Shown here: positions 39,319 through 49,186 of the stretch, piece by piece
Numbering within the stretch: position 1 is the stretch's first letter
Layout of the letters: each line of letters starts with the position of its first letter
Assembly: GCA_021299555.1 (NCBI GenBank)
Contig: JAJTGH010000033.1
Location: forward strand, 1-63,538
Direction of reading: 5' to 3'
Source: Comamonadaceae bacterium
Lineage (GTDB): Bacteria > Pseudomonadota > Gammaproteobacteria > Burkholderiales > Burkholderiaceae_C
Length of the DNA: 63,538 nucleotides
Made by a program: the position numbers and the translations under genes
Notes under the pieces: model-generated
Seen by the model: the letters and a program-made list of their open reading frames with translations, nothing else
What the model was told of the DNA's origin: nothing
Databases searched by the model: none

Positions 39319-40898
39319 GATCGCCTCTGTGGCACCAGCGGGGCGATCGCCGCGGCCTGCTCACGCATCTCGCGCTTGAGCAGCTTGCCATTGGCATTGC
39401 GCGGCAGCGGCTCGACGCCCACCGAGTAGGACTCGGGGACCTTGTAGTCGGAAAGGCGAGCGGCGCAGTGCGATCTGATTTCGTTGGACAAGGCGTCACT
39501 GGGCAGATGGCCAGGCTTGAGACTGATGAAGGCGTGCACCCGCTCACCGAGCACCGGACAGGGCTTGGCAACGACGGCGCACTCCTGTACCGCAGCGTGC
39601 TCATAAAGCGCATTTTCCACCTCGATGGTGTAGATCTTGAAGCCGCCGCGGTTGATCATGTCTTTCTTTCGATCCATCACGCGCACATAGCCCTGCTCGT
39701 CGATGGTCCCCAGATCCCCCGAGTGCCAATAGCCCCCGGTGATGTTGGCCTGCGTCGCTTCGGGGTTGTTCCAGTAGCCACTGACCACCATAGGACCCTT
39801 GATCCAAATTTCGCCCAGCGTACCGGCTGGCAGTTCGCGTCCCTCGTCGTCCATCACCCGCATATCGACACAGTGCAGGCTCTGGCCTACGGTGTCGTTG
39901 TGGGCTCGGGTCTGGCCCGGCGGCATGAGCGTGGCCGGCGAGGTGGTTTCGGTTGCACCATAGCAGTTCATCAGCATCAGCTCAGGAATCTTCTCGCCCA
40001 GCTCGACGATCACGGCCACCGGCATGGGCGCGCCGCCGTATGCGCCGATGCGCCAGGCGCTCAGGTCGTACTGCGCAAAGCTCGGATCGAGCAAGCACAG
40101 CTTGTACATGGCCGGCACCATCAGGCTGTGGCTGATGCGCTCGGCCCCGGCAATGCGCAGGTAGTCGGCCGCCTTGAAGGCCGGCATGATGACCATCTTT
40201 CCAGCGCAATAGACGAAGGTCGTGGTCAGGGCCACCAGGCCCGTGACGTGGCTCAGCGGCACTGCGGCCACAGTGGCATCGTTCGGCCCTAAGCCCATGG
40301 CCAACGCATAGTGCATGGAGGAATGCACGATGCCCAGGTGGGTGAGCATGGCGCCCTTGGGCCTGCCGGTGGTGCCTGAGGTGTAGAGAATCGCTGCGGT
40401 ATCTTCGCCGAGCTGCCAGCGCTGCCTGATCGCCGGCAGCTCGGCGGCCGGCGGCACAATGGACGCCAGCTCGGCCTCGTGCAGCAGCAGTACGGCGCCG
40501 CAGTGCTGCAACATATAGCTCAGGCCCGGGGTCTGCTCGCGGGTGCTCAGCGGTACCGCGATAGCGCCCAGACGGGCCGCCGCAAACAGGGCTACGACAA
40601 ATTCAATACGGTTGCCCAGCAGCAGCGCCACCCGGTCGCCGACCCGCACGCCGGCTTGCGCCATGCCGGCGGCCAGCGAGGCGGCAGTGGCCAGCAATTG
40701 CCGGTAGCTCAGGCGCTGTTCGCCGCAGACGAGGGCGCAGTGCTCGGCATGGCGCTCGGCGGCACGCTCGAGCATCTGGTGCAGGCTGCGCGGCCTGTCG
40801 ATGAAGCAGGGCTCGACCCGGCTGCCAAAAAGCGATTCGAGCCGCGTGGCCGCAGCCGCGCTGCGGTGCCAATGGCTCAAGGCGGTGGGGTGGCTCAT
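39315..40898 (-). CDS. Acyl-CoA synthetase (AMP-binding); possible short in-frame deletion near 40410
   Basis: YTSGTTGRPKG, YGATET, SGDLG, DRKKDMINRGG, PRNANGK; linker before EDTAAILY looks shortened. Confidence 0.9.
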   Translation of the reverse strand: MSHPTALSHWHRSAAAATRLESLFGSRVEPCFIDRPRSLHQMLERAAERHAEHCALVCGEQRLSYRQLLATAASLAAGMAQAGVRVGDRVALLLGNRIEFVVALFAAARLGAIAVPLSTREQTPGLSYMLQHCGAVLLLHEAELASIVPPAAELPAIRQRWQLGEDTAAILYTSGTTGRPKGAMLTHLGIVHSSMHYALAMGLGPNDATVAAVPLSHVTGLVALTTTFVYCAGKMVIMPAFKAADYLRIAGAERISHSLMVPAMYKLCLLDPSFAQYDLSAWRIGAYGGAPMPVAVIVELGEKIPELMLMNCYGATETTSPATLMPPGQTRAHNDTVGQSLHCVDMRVMDDEGRELPAGTLGEIWIKGPMVVSGYWNNPEATQANITGGYWHSGDLGTIDEQGYVRVMDRKKDMINRGGFKIYTIEVENALYEHAAVQECAVVAKPCPVLGERVHAFISLKPGHLPSDALSNEIRSHCAARLSDYKVPESYSVGVEPLPRNANGKLLKREMREQAAAIAPLVPQRRS

Positions 40899-41251
40899 GG
40901 ACGCCTCTCCTGCCGGTCGACCGGCGCAAGCAGCGTGTGCCCCTCATCCTCCACGTGCAGATCCAGCAAAAGCCAGATGGCCGCCTTCTGCCAGTGCAGT
41001 CCTGGGTGCAGGGATGCATAGACGCCGCCAGGCAAGGCCTGGGGCAGCACAAACTTGAGCGCCCGCAGGCCCGGGACCTCATAGCGCATCACCGGCCCGG
41101 GCACGATACGGTTCATCAGCGGCTGCAAACGCTCAGGCGTGAGCGCCTTGCACAACAGCTCGTAGGCGGCCTGGTCACACGCCACCAGTGACAGGTCGAG
41201 CGTGTCGCCTTTGTCGCCGGCGCGGCCGGCAGCAATATCGCCCACCCTCAT
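40895..41251 (-). CDS. Small AtuA-related (C-terminal ferredoxin-like domain) protein
   Basis: GRAGDKGD...RYEVPGLRALKFVL..ALPGG motif; translationally coupled to atuA-like gene. Confidence 0.78.
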   Translation of the reverse strand: MRVGDIAAGRAGDKGDTLDLSLVACDQAAYELLCKALTPERLQPLMNRIVPGPVMRYEVPGLRALKFVLPQALPGGVYASLHPGLHWQKAAIWLLLDLHVEDEGHTLLAPVDRQERRP

Positions 41252-42573
41252 GACTGACTCCAATGCAGTTGCGTGGGCACCTGCTGATGTTCGATGAAAC
41301 CGTCGAGCACCTCGATGCGGGGCCGCTTTTCGCTGCGCACGCTGCAGCCACCGGCCGGCCCGGACAAGGTCATGGCATAGACCTCGTCTTCAATGATCTG
41401 TGCCTGCTCGCCATCGCTGCAGCGCGCCGACACATGCACCCGCATTTCTGGCGCAGGTCCCTGCATCGGCTGCGAGCCGGCGCGCAGCACCGATCCTGCG
41501 CCCACCAGGTCGACCGCAATATCGCCGTCGGCCCAGTCCCCCAGGCGCAGGCGCAGCGCCTGCGCCATTACCTCGGCACGCTCACGCGCGCCTGCGCCAG
41601 CCAGGGCGATCTCGCAGTCCATGATGAAGCCGGGCCGATCAACAAAACCGGCCACCTTGAGCGTCGGTGGCGGCCCCTTGGATCGCACGCCGCTCATGCG
41701 CACACGGTTCTCACCCAGCGTCTCAAAGCGCACCCCACTGAAGTCGACCACCAGGTCCGGGGTGGCGTAATAAGAAGGGTCGTGCACCTCATAGAGCAGC
41801 TGCAAGCTACAGGTCAGCGCATCGACGATGCCAGGCGCGCCGGGCGGCAAACCAATCTCGGCCGAGCCGTCTGACATCACCCGCGCCAGCGGATAGCCCA
41901 GACTGGCGTACTGCTCGGCGCTCAGGGGCGGCGGCAGACCGGCACCTGCGATGGGCTCGTAATTGCCTCCGGTGAGCTGTCCCCCGCACTCGAGCAGGTG
42001 CCCAACGCCGATGGCGCCAGCCAGGGCGTCTTCACCGGGCACAAGCCGGTCACGCGCCACCGCAGAGAACAGCGCCGAATCGGCCACCCGGCCAGTGACC
42101 ACCACATCGGCGCCTTGCGCCAGCGCATCGGCCAGCCGATGACAGCCCAGATAGGCATGGGCGCCCAGCAGCGGCGCACCGGGCTCGCGCACCCAGCGCA
42201 CCTGCGCGGCGCGGTCAGACACGTCATCACCCACGACCGCAGCGACCTTTAGGCCATGCAGACCCAGCTCGCGTGCCAGCCGGGCGATGCGCTCGGCCGC
42301 AGCCACCGGATTGGCCGCGCCCAGGTTGGAGACGATGCGACAACCTTTTTCGCGCGCCACTGGCAGCAGCGGCGTGAGCCGGCGCACCAAGCGCGGGTCA
42401 TAGCCGGCCTGCGGGTTGTCACGGCGCGCGCGTATGGCTGGCACCAGCGTGCGCTCGGCCAGGCATTCAAGCACCACCGCATCGACTCCGGCACGCGCCA
42501 ACACCACGGCTGGATCAACACGATCGCCCGCAAAACCGGCACCAGCGCCAAGGACACACACCTGGTGGGTCAT
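41248..42573 (-). CDS. Acyclic terpene utilization AtuA family (DUF1446) protein
   Basis: GAGAGFAGDR, ECLAERT, NLGAANP, AYLG, TGRVAD, GHLLECGGQLTGG, QLLYEVHDP. Confidence 0.88.
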   Translation of the reverse strand: MTHQVCVLGAGAGFAGDRVDPAVVLARAGVDAVVLECLAERTLVPAIRARRDNPQAGYDPRLVRRLTPLLPVAREKGCRIVSNLGAANPVAAAERIARLARELGLHGLKVAAVVGDDVSDRAAQVRWVREPGAPLLGAHAYLGCHRLADALAQGADVVVTGRVADSALFSAVARDRLVPGEDALAGAIGVGHLLECGGQLTGGNYEPIAGAGLPPPLSAEQYASLGYPLARVMSDGSAEIGLPPGAPGIVDALTCSLQLLYEVHDPSYYATPDLVVDFSGVRFETLGENRVRMSGVRSKGPPPTLKVAGFVDRPGFIMDCEIALAGAGARERAEVMAQALRLRLGDWADGDIAVDLVGAGSVLRAGSQPMQGPAPEMRVHVSARCSDGEQAQIIEDEVYAMTLSGPAGGCSVRSEKRPRIEVLDGFIEHQQVPTQLHWSQS

Positions 42574-43289
42574 CAAAGTCCCATGTAGGAGCGCTGCACG
42601 TCCGGGTCGCGCAAAAGCTCATCACCGCTGCCCGTCTTGAGCAACTGGCCATGTTCAAGCACATAGCCACGCTGGCACATCTGCAAGGCGTTGCGCACAT
42701 TCTGCTCAACCAGCAACACCGTCAGACCCTTGTTGGCCACCAACTGCTTGACCAGATCGAACACCCGGTCGACCATGATCGGCGCCAGACCCAGCGAAGG
42801 CTCGTCAAGCATCATCAGCTTGGGCATGCCCATCATGGCCCGGGCGACCGCACACATCTGTCGCTCGCCACCGGACAGCCGTCCGGCCAGCTGCGTGCGC
42901 CTTTCGGCCAGGATGGGGAAAAAGCTCATCACCTCCTCCAAATTGTGCTTCATCTGCGAGCGAGCCTTGTCATGGTAAGCGCCAAGCTCGAGATTTTCCA
43001 GCACCGTCATGAAGGGAAACAGGCGCCCGCCCTCGGGCACCATGATGAGTCCACGGGCGGCCGCAGCATGGGCCGGCTCGGCGCTGATGTCCTGGCCGCC
43101 GAAAACAATCTGCCCGGATTGCGCCCGCAGATGGCCAGAGATGGTCAGCAGCAAAGTCGTCTTGCCGGCACCGTTGGCGCCGACCACAGAAACGATCTCG
43201 CCTCGATTGACATGCAGGTCTATGTCATGCAGAACCGGCAGCTCGCCGTAGCCCGAGCCGACCTTGCTCACATTCAGGATGGTGTCCAT
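42573..43289 (-). CDS. LIV-type ABC ATPase (LivF-like)
   Basis: GANGAGKT, VPEGGRLF, LSGGERQM, LDEPSLGLAP, VEQN. Confidence 0.93.
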   Translation of the reverse strand: MDTILNVSKVGSGYGELPVLHDIDLHVNRGEIVSVVGANGAGKTTLLLTISGHLRAQSGQIVFGGQDISAEPAHAAAARGLIMVPEGGRLFPFMTVLENLELGAYHDKARSQMKHNLEEVMSFFPILAERRTQLAGRLSGGERQMCAVARAMMGMPKLMMLDEPSLGLAPIMVDRVFDLVKQLVANKGLTVLLVEQNVRNALQMCQRGYVLEHGQLLKTGSGDELLRDPDVQRSYMGL

Positions 43290-44014
43290 TGGTGCCCCTC
43301 GCCCAGATATGCCTTCACCACTTCCGGTGAACTCAAAATGTCATCGGCCGTACCTTCGGCAATCAGACGGCCGCGATCGAGCACAACCACCCTTTCGGAA
43401 AATGCACGCACCACCTTGAGGTTGTGTTCAATGATCAGGAAGGTCAGATCGTCTTCCTCATGCAGGCTGCGCAGCAGGTCAATGCAGCGGCCCGTCTCGC
43501 TCTGGTTCAGACCGGCCATCACCTCATCGAGCAGCACGATCTCAGGATCGAGCGCCAGCGCCCGCGCCACCTCCAGCCGGCGCCTCTCGCTGAGCGTCAG
43601 ATCACCAGCACGCCGCTTGGCCAGCGCGCCCAGGCCGACGCGGTTGAGCACCGCCATCGCCCGATCGCGGGCATCGGCCATGCGGGCATGCCCAAGGAAC
43701 GCACCGACCATGACGTTCTCCAGGGCGGATAGAGCAATCAGCGGCTTGACGATCTGAAAGGTGCGCCCCATCCCGAGCTTGGCGCGATCATGCGGTGGCA
43801 GCGCATTGATGTTTTTCCCGCGCAGGCTGACCTCTCCGAAAGTCGGCGCCAATTGGCCAGTGAGCAGGTTGAAATAGGTGGTCTTGCCGGCGCCATTGGG
43901 GCCGATGATGCTGACCACCTCCCCCTTGTTGACCGAAAGCGACACATCGTCGACGGCTTTGAGACCCATGAAGTGCTTGCTCGCGCCCCGGGTCTGTAGC
44001 AAGGCTTGGCTCAT
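43274..44014 (-). CDS. LIV-type ABC ATPase (LivG-like)
   Basis: GPNGAGKTT, RTFQ, LDEVMAGL, IEHN, AYLG. Confidence 0.93.
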   Translation of the reverse strand: MSQALLQTRGASKHFMGLKAVDDVSLSVNKGEVVSIIGPNGAGKTTYFNLLTGQLAPTFGEVSLRGKNINALPPHDRAKLGMGRTFQIVKPLIALSALENVMVGAFLGHARMADARDRAMAVLNRVGLGALAKRRAGDLTLSERRRLEVARALALDPEIVLLDEVMAGLNQSETGRCIDLLRSLHEEDDLTFLIIEHNLKVVRAFSERVVVLDRGRLIAEGTADDILSSPEVVKAYLGEGHQWTPS

Positions 44015-45054
44015 CACTGGCCCCCTTTCTTGCTCTTGTTCTTGATCTTGCGCATCAGATCTTCAAACGCACCGACCACGCCACGCTTCATGAACAAGGC
44101 CGCCAGCACCATCAACAGACCCAAAATGGCCAAGTTCATGCCAGGCAGCGCATCGGCCAGCAGGGCACGCAGCCAGTTCTCAAAGGGCACGATCAGTGCC
44201 GCGCCCATCAAGGGACCGGCGATGGTGCCCACCCCGCCGATGAGCGATAGCAGCGCGAACTTTACGCCCACATCCTGCAAAGTAAACAAAGTGGGCGGAT
44301 CGATGAAGCGCAGATACATGGTGAAGAGTGTTCCACCCATGGCGGTGAGGAAGGCGCTGAGCGCCATGCCCTGAAGCTTGACCGACAGCACGTTGATGCC
44401 CGAAGCCCGGGCGGCATCCTCGTCCTCGCGCACCGCCAGCAGGTAGTAGCCAAGCCGGCTGCGTCGCAGCCAGACGGTGATGCCCACCACCAGCGCGACG
44501 AACACGAACATCAGCACGGCGTACTGCCAGCGCTCGCGAAAGATCATGTTGGCAAAACCAGCCTTGAAGGGAATCATGATGCCGCGCGGCCCACCGGTAT
44601 AGGTGTCAAAGTGGTTGGCCAATACGAAAGCCACTTCATTGAAGGCCATGGTGGCAATCGCAAAGAAGGGCCCACGCAGCCGAAAGGTCGGCCAGGAGAT
44701 CAACATCGCCACCAGCGCAGCCACTGCAGCCGCCGGCACCATGATCAGCCAGGGCGACATGCCATAGCGGGTGGTGAAAAAGGCGGTGGCATAGGCGCCG
44801 ATGCCAAAGAACACCCCATGTCCCAGCGAGAACTGCCCGCCAAAGCCACCGATGATGTTCCAGGCCGAGGCCAGGCCCGCCATCAGATAGGTGAAGGCAA
44901 TGATGTTGAGCCAGTAAGGGTCCTTGGCCAGAAAGACCAGGGGCAGTGCGGTCAGCGCCATCAGCGCCAGGTAGCGCCACAGCGCGGAGGCCGACGACTG
45001 CAGGCCAGAGACTTCCGGCGGCACGACCGCCGGCGTTTGATCAGTTTTGTTCAC
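44014..45054 (-). CDS. LIV-type ABC permease (LivM-like)
   Basis: GQFSLGHGVFFGIGAY, RLRGPFFAIAT, AVREDEDAA. Confidence 0.92.
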   Translation of the reverse strand: MNKTDQTPAVVPPEVSGLQSSASALWRYLALMALTALPLVFLAKDPYWLNIIAFTYLMAGLASAWNIIGGFGGQFSLGHGVFFGIGAYATAFFTTRYGMSPWLIMVPAAAVAALVAMLISWPTFRLRGPFFAIATMAFNEVAFVLANHFDTYTGGPRGIMIPFKAGFANMIFRERWQYAVLMFVFVALVVGITVWLRRSRLGYYLLAVREDEDAARASGINVLSVKLQGMALSAFLTAMGGTLFTMYLRFIDPPTLFTLQDVGVKFALLSLIGGVGTIAGPLMGAALIVPFENWLRALLADALPGMNLAILGLLMVLAALFMKRGVVGAFEDLMRKIKNKSKKGGQ

Positions 45055-45931
45055 GGAAACCCACCTCCTCGGCTCCGACCTGGCCGAGCAGGCCGGCCGG
45101 GCGGATGATCAGAACCACCAGAAAAATCAGAAACCAGATCGCATGGCGCAAGGCCGGATCGATGTAATAGCCGGCAAAGGCCTCGACCACACCCACGATC
45201 AGCCCACCCAGATAAGCCCCCCAGACACTGCCCAGCCCACCCAGAACCACCACCGCAAAAGCGGCCAGGATGAAGTTGCCACCGACCCCGGGGGTGATGG
45301 AGTAAATCGGCGTGAGCATGGCCCCAGCCAGGCCAGCCAGCGCCGAACCAATCCCGAAAGTCAAGAGGAAGGTCTTTTCCACATTGATGCCCATGGTGCG
45401 GGCGGCGCGCTTGTCCTGGGTCACCGCCCGCACCGACTTGCCGGTCATGGTGCGGGTGAGAAACAGGTGCAGGCCTATGGTGATCAGCGTGGTGATGACA
45501 AAGGTCAGCAGGCGCACCGTACCTACCTTGAGATCGCCCACCTGGATCACACTGGCGCCAAAGTCACCCCCCACGCTTCTCGCCTCGCCCCGTGTAAAAG
45601 CCAGCATGATGTTCTGAAACATCATCAACAGGCCGAAAGTGGCAAAGATCTGCATATTCGACTCGTTGTGCAGGGGCTGTATCACCAGCCGCTGAATCAA
45701 CACGCCGAGCAGACCGACCGCAGGCGCCACCAAAAAAACCGAGACATAGGGGCTCAGGCCCAGCATGGTGTAAGCGTAATAACTGCCGTACATGCCAAAC
45801 ATCACCAACTCGCCCTGGGCGAAGTTGACGATGCGCACGGTTCCAAAGATCAGGTTCAGACCGACGCTGACAAGGCCGTACACGCCCCCGAGCAGCAGGC
45901 CGATTACCAGCACATTTAAAAGTTGGTCCAT
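45041..45931 (-). CDS. LIV-type ABC permease (LivH-like)
   Basis: GLNLIFG..RIVNFAQG, AFAVVVLGGLGS, IRPAGLLG. Confidence 0.92.
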   Translation of the reverse strand: MDQLLNVLVIGLLLGGVYGLVSVGLNLIFGTVRIVNFAQGELVMFGMYGSYYAYTMLGLSPYVSVFLVAPAVGLLGVLIQRLVIQPLHNESNMQIFATFGLLMMFQNIMLAFTRGEARSVGGDFGASVIQVGDLKVGTVRLLTFVITTLITIGLHLFLTRTMTGKSVRAVTQDKRAARTMGINVEKTFLLTFGIGSALAGLAGAMLTPIYSITPGVGGNFILAAFAVVVLGGLGSVWGAYLGGLIVGVVEAFAGYYIDPALRHAIWFLIFLVVLIIRPAGLLGQVGAEEVGFREQN

Positions 45932-45958
45932 GGTTTTCTCGTTGCTCCTCAATCGCTG

Positions 45959-46756
45959 TCAAAGCTTTAGGTCCCTCAGGCTGCCCACGCGCTGACGCAC
46001 GCCGGCCATCATCAAATCCCATTCCACGCCCGCCGTCACGAATCGCGCGCCCATGCTGACGACCTGCTGGACAAGCGCCGGCGTATGGGCCAGACCGCCA
46101 GCGCCAGCCACCTTGCCATGGCGCTGGCAGGCGCGGATGACGCGCTCGTGGCAGGCCATAACCTGCGGGTGGCTGTATTCGGCGGGTCGGCCGAGCGCAT
46201 CACACAGATCGACCGTGCCGATATGCAAAATGTCCACGCCGGGCACCGCCGCAATCTCCTCGGCGCGCTCTATCGCCTCGGGCGACTCGAGCATCACCAC
46301 CACCGTGGTGGCGGCATTGAATGCAGCACGCAAGGCCTTGGGCTCGCGCGGTCGATAGCCCACGTGTGGCCAGTTACCGGCGGCCGAGCGCTCGCCCTCG
46401 GGCGCAAACTTGCAGGCCGCCACCACCTGCCGGGCTTCTTCGGCGCTGCCCACATGCGGCGCGATGATGCCCAGGGCGCCTGCATCGAGCAGGCGATTGG
46501 CGTAATGGCCGTCGAGGCTGGGCACCCGCACCAGCGGGGTGATACCGGCATGCAGCGCCGTCACGCAAATCTGTGCCGCCGCCGACTCAGGAATCACCGA
46601 ATGCTCCAAGTCCACACTCAGCGCATCGCAGCCGCAGGCCTTGGCCGCCAGAGCGATGTCCACGCTGTGGACCTTTTGCACGATCAGGGCCACGCCCAGG
46701 CCGCCGGCGGCCAGGGTTTCGGCCAACGGGTTGCGCAGCAAGGGGTAGCTGTCCAT
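45959..46756 (-). CDS. HpcH/HpaI aldolase family
   Basis: VDLEHS, PLVRVP, LDAGALGIIAPHV, MLESPEAI, IGTVDL. Confidence 0.9.
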   Translation of the reverse strand: MDSYPLLRNPLAETLAAGGLGVALIVQKVHSVDIALAAKACGCDALSVDLEHSVIPESAAAQICVTALHAGITPLVRVPSLDGHYANRLLDAGALGIIAPHVGSAEEARQVVAACKFAPEGERSAAGNWPHVGYRPREPKALRAAFNAATTVVVMLESPEAIERAEEIAAVPGVDILHIGTVDLCDALGRPAEYSHPQVMACHERVIRACQRHGKVAGAGGLAHTPALVQQVVSMGARFVTAGVEWDLMMAGVRQRVGSLRDLKL

Positions 46757-47751
46757 CAGGTCTGTCCAGTCACAGCGCCCGCAGGCGCCAAAATCAGGTC
46801 GGGCGCGATCACAGCCTGGCCGCTGGCCCAGCGGGCCAGATTGCCAAAGGCATGGCGGGCCACATGCTCGACGTTGTCGAACACTCCGCCGCCCGCGTGG
46901 GGCGTGAGCACGACCTGTTCGAGTTGCATCAGCGGGTTATTGACCGAGGGCGGCTCGGGATCAAAAGCGTCAAGTCCAGCACCGCGCAGATGGCCGCTGA
47001 TCAGAGCAGAGTACAGGGCGGTCTCGTCAATCAGACCCCCGCGCGAAGTGTTGATCAGGATCGCGCCAGGCTTCATCGCTGCCAAGGAGCGTGCATTGAT
47101 CACACGACGGGTGGCTTCGGTCAGCGGCGCGTGCAGGCTGAGTATGTCGCTATTGGCCAGCAATTGATCGCGGCTGACGCGCTGGGCGCGCAAGCGCTGC
47201 TCGATCACTGCATCGGCCGGCTGCGGGTCGTCATACAGGATGCGAACATCAAAGCCAAGCAGGAGCTGAGCCAGACGCCTGCCAATCTGACCAAAGCCGA
47301 GCATACCCACCGTCTTGCCCTGGATCTGAAAGCAGGTCTCGCGCATCTCAGGCGTAGGCCATTGCCCCAGCCGCAAGACGCGGTTGACATATGGAATGCG
47401 GCGATTGACCGCCAGCATCAAGGCCAGGGCCATCTCGGCCACCGGCTGGCTGTTGGCGCCGGCGGTGATCGCCAGTCCAATGCCACGGCGGCGCAAGGCC
47501 GCCTGGTCTATGCTGTCTATGCCTATGCCCCACTTGTGCACCCAGCGCACCCGCGGTGCGGCTGCGAGCAGGTCGTCGTCAATCGCCGCAAAGCCGGGGA
47601 GCAAAGCGTCGGCGTCGGCCGCCACCGCATGCTGGTGGGCACGATCATAGGACTGGGCGAAACGCAAGGTCCAGTTGCTGGGCGCGACGCGCTGCACCTC
47701 ACGGCGCACCGCATCGGCCCACACATCCAGACAGGCCACGGTCAGACCCAT
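46756..47751 (-). CDS. D-isomer-specific 2-hydroxyacid dehydrogenase
   Basis: GMLGFGQIG, SLHAPL, INTSRG, LDAFDPEP, TPHAGG. Confidence 0.9.
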   Translation of the reverse strand: MGLTVACLDVWADAVRREVQRVAPSNWTLRFAQSYDRAHQHAVAADADALLPGFAAIDDDLLAAAPRVRWVHKWGIGIDSIDQAALRRRGIGLAITAGANSQPVAEMALALMLAVNRRIPYVNRVLRLGQWPTPEMRETCFQIQGKTVGMLGFGQIGRRLAQLLLGFDVRILYDDPQPADAVIEQRLRAQRVSRDQLLANSDILSLHAPLTEATRRVINARSLAAMKPGAILINTSRGGLIDETALYSALISGHLRGAGLDAFDPEPPSVNNPLMQLEQVVLTPHAGGGVFDNVEHVARHAFGNLARWASGQAVIAPDLILAPAGAVTGQT

Positions 47752-47839
47752 GAGCCCTCCCGGGAAGGCATGAACCCGGGCTGCGGACCGCGGGTCTTGG
47801 CCATGGATGCGCCGGTTGGCAACATGGACCTGCGAACGC

Positions 47840-49069
47840 TCAAGGGCGACCCAGCGGCCTGACGGTCACGCCCGACAAGGCAGCGTTTTGCGGGAAGACA
47901 GTGACCATCTTGCCCGACTGCCATTGTGAAGCGGTGAACCAGGCACGCACGTTTTGCATGTTGTTGTCAAACTTGGCGCCAAAGCCCGAAGGGTAGGAGC
48001 TCTCAGGCTTGTCAAGTTTGGCTGCTGCTGCACGCACCTTCTCGGGGTCCAGGCTGCCCGCTGCCTTGATGGCTTCGGCCATGATCAACGTGCCCGAGTA
48101 GGCGGCCATGCACTGAGGTGCAATCGGGTCCGATTTGTATTTGGCACGGTAAGCGGCCAGGAAGGCGCGGTGGCCGGGACCAAAGGCGTCGGAGATGTCG
48201 TTGCGCGGGTAGCCGATCACCAAAATTCCCTCAAGGTAAGCCGCGCCTATGGCCTCGAGCGTTTCAGGCGTATCGCCGGTGCCCACCATCAAAATTGCGC
48301 CAGGCTTGAAGCCCTGCTCACGAATCGTGCGAAGCAGCAGGTTGCCGTCGGGCACATAGCCGGTCTGCACCACCACATCAGGCGCAGCCTGCTTGGCCCG
48401 CAACACCGAGTCATTGAGGTCGATGGTACGGGCCGGATGAGAGCCCACCCCCACCACCCGGGCACCCGCATCCGTCAACAGCTTGCGCTGAACCTGAGCG
48501 ATGCCGGTGCCGTAGATGGAATCCTCATGCTCAATCCAGACCTTGAGGTCCTTGATATCCTTCTTCAGATTGGGTGCAATCAGGTTACGGATCACATTGA
48601 CCGAGGTGACCGCAAAGGAGTTGCCGTCCGGGCCGCTGCGAATGAAGTTGGGCAGGCCGCGCTCGGTGAGGTTGACCGCCACCGCATTGGTTTCCCAATA
48701 CAGCTTGTTGTAACGCATGGCCGCGTCACTGGCGGTCAGCGAGATGCCGCTGATGTAGGTGCCCAGGAACATGTCCACCCGATCCTTGACCGCCAGCTGC
48801 TCGACGGTGGCGATGCCTTGCTGCGGGTTGGAGGCGTCGCCGCGCACCAGCTCGACTTTTCGACCCAGCAACCCGCCGGAGGCATTGATCTGGTCGACGG
48901 CCAGTTCATAGCCCCGGGTGACCTCGGTGCCATACAGGGCCATGGGGCCACTGTAAGGGTTGATCGCACCGATCTTGATGTTTTGCGCCATCACAGCGCC
49001 GCTGGCCAAGGCCGCGGCAGTAACCAGCGCTGCGCTGGCCCATTTTTTGAACTTGCTTGAATGCTTCAT
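47840..49069 (-). CDS. LIV-type ABC substrate-binding protein
   Basis: Signal peptide, IKIGAINPYSGPMALYG, INASGGLLGRKVEL. Confidence 0.88.
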   Translation of the reverse strand: MKHSSKFKKWASAALVTAAALASGAVMAQNIKIGAINPYSGPMALYGTEVTRGYELAVDQINASGGLLGRKVELVRGDASNPQQGIATVEQLAVKDRVDMFLGTYISGISLTASDAAMRYNKLYWETNAVAVNLTERGLPNFIRSGPDGNSFAVTSVNVIRNLIAPNLKKDIKDLKVWIEHEDSIYGTGIAQVQRKLLTDAGARVVGVGSHPARTIDLNDSVLRAKQAAPDVVVQTGYVPDGNLLLRTIREQGFKPGAILMVGTGDTPETLEAIGAAYLEGILVIGYPRNDISDAFGPGHRAFLAAYRAKYKSDPIAPQCMAAYSGTLIMAEAIKAAGSLDPEKVRAAAAKLDKPESSYPSGFGAKFDNNMQNVRAWFTASQWQSGKMVTVFPQNAALSGVTVRPLGRP

Positions 49070-49186
49070 TGCAGTCTCCTTGAGTTGCTACCCGTTGAAT
49101 AAGGACGTCCTAACCTGATACGCTGTGCGCCTACGTCATGACGCGCAACGTCGAACCTCTTGCGTGCTCTTTTTTTACTCACTGAT

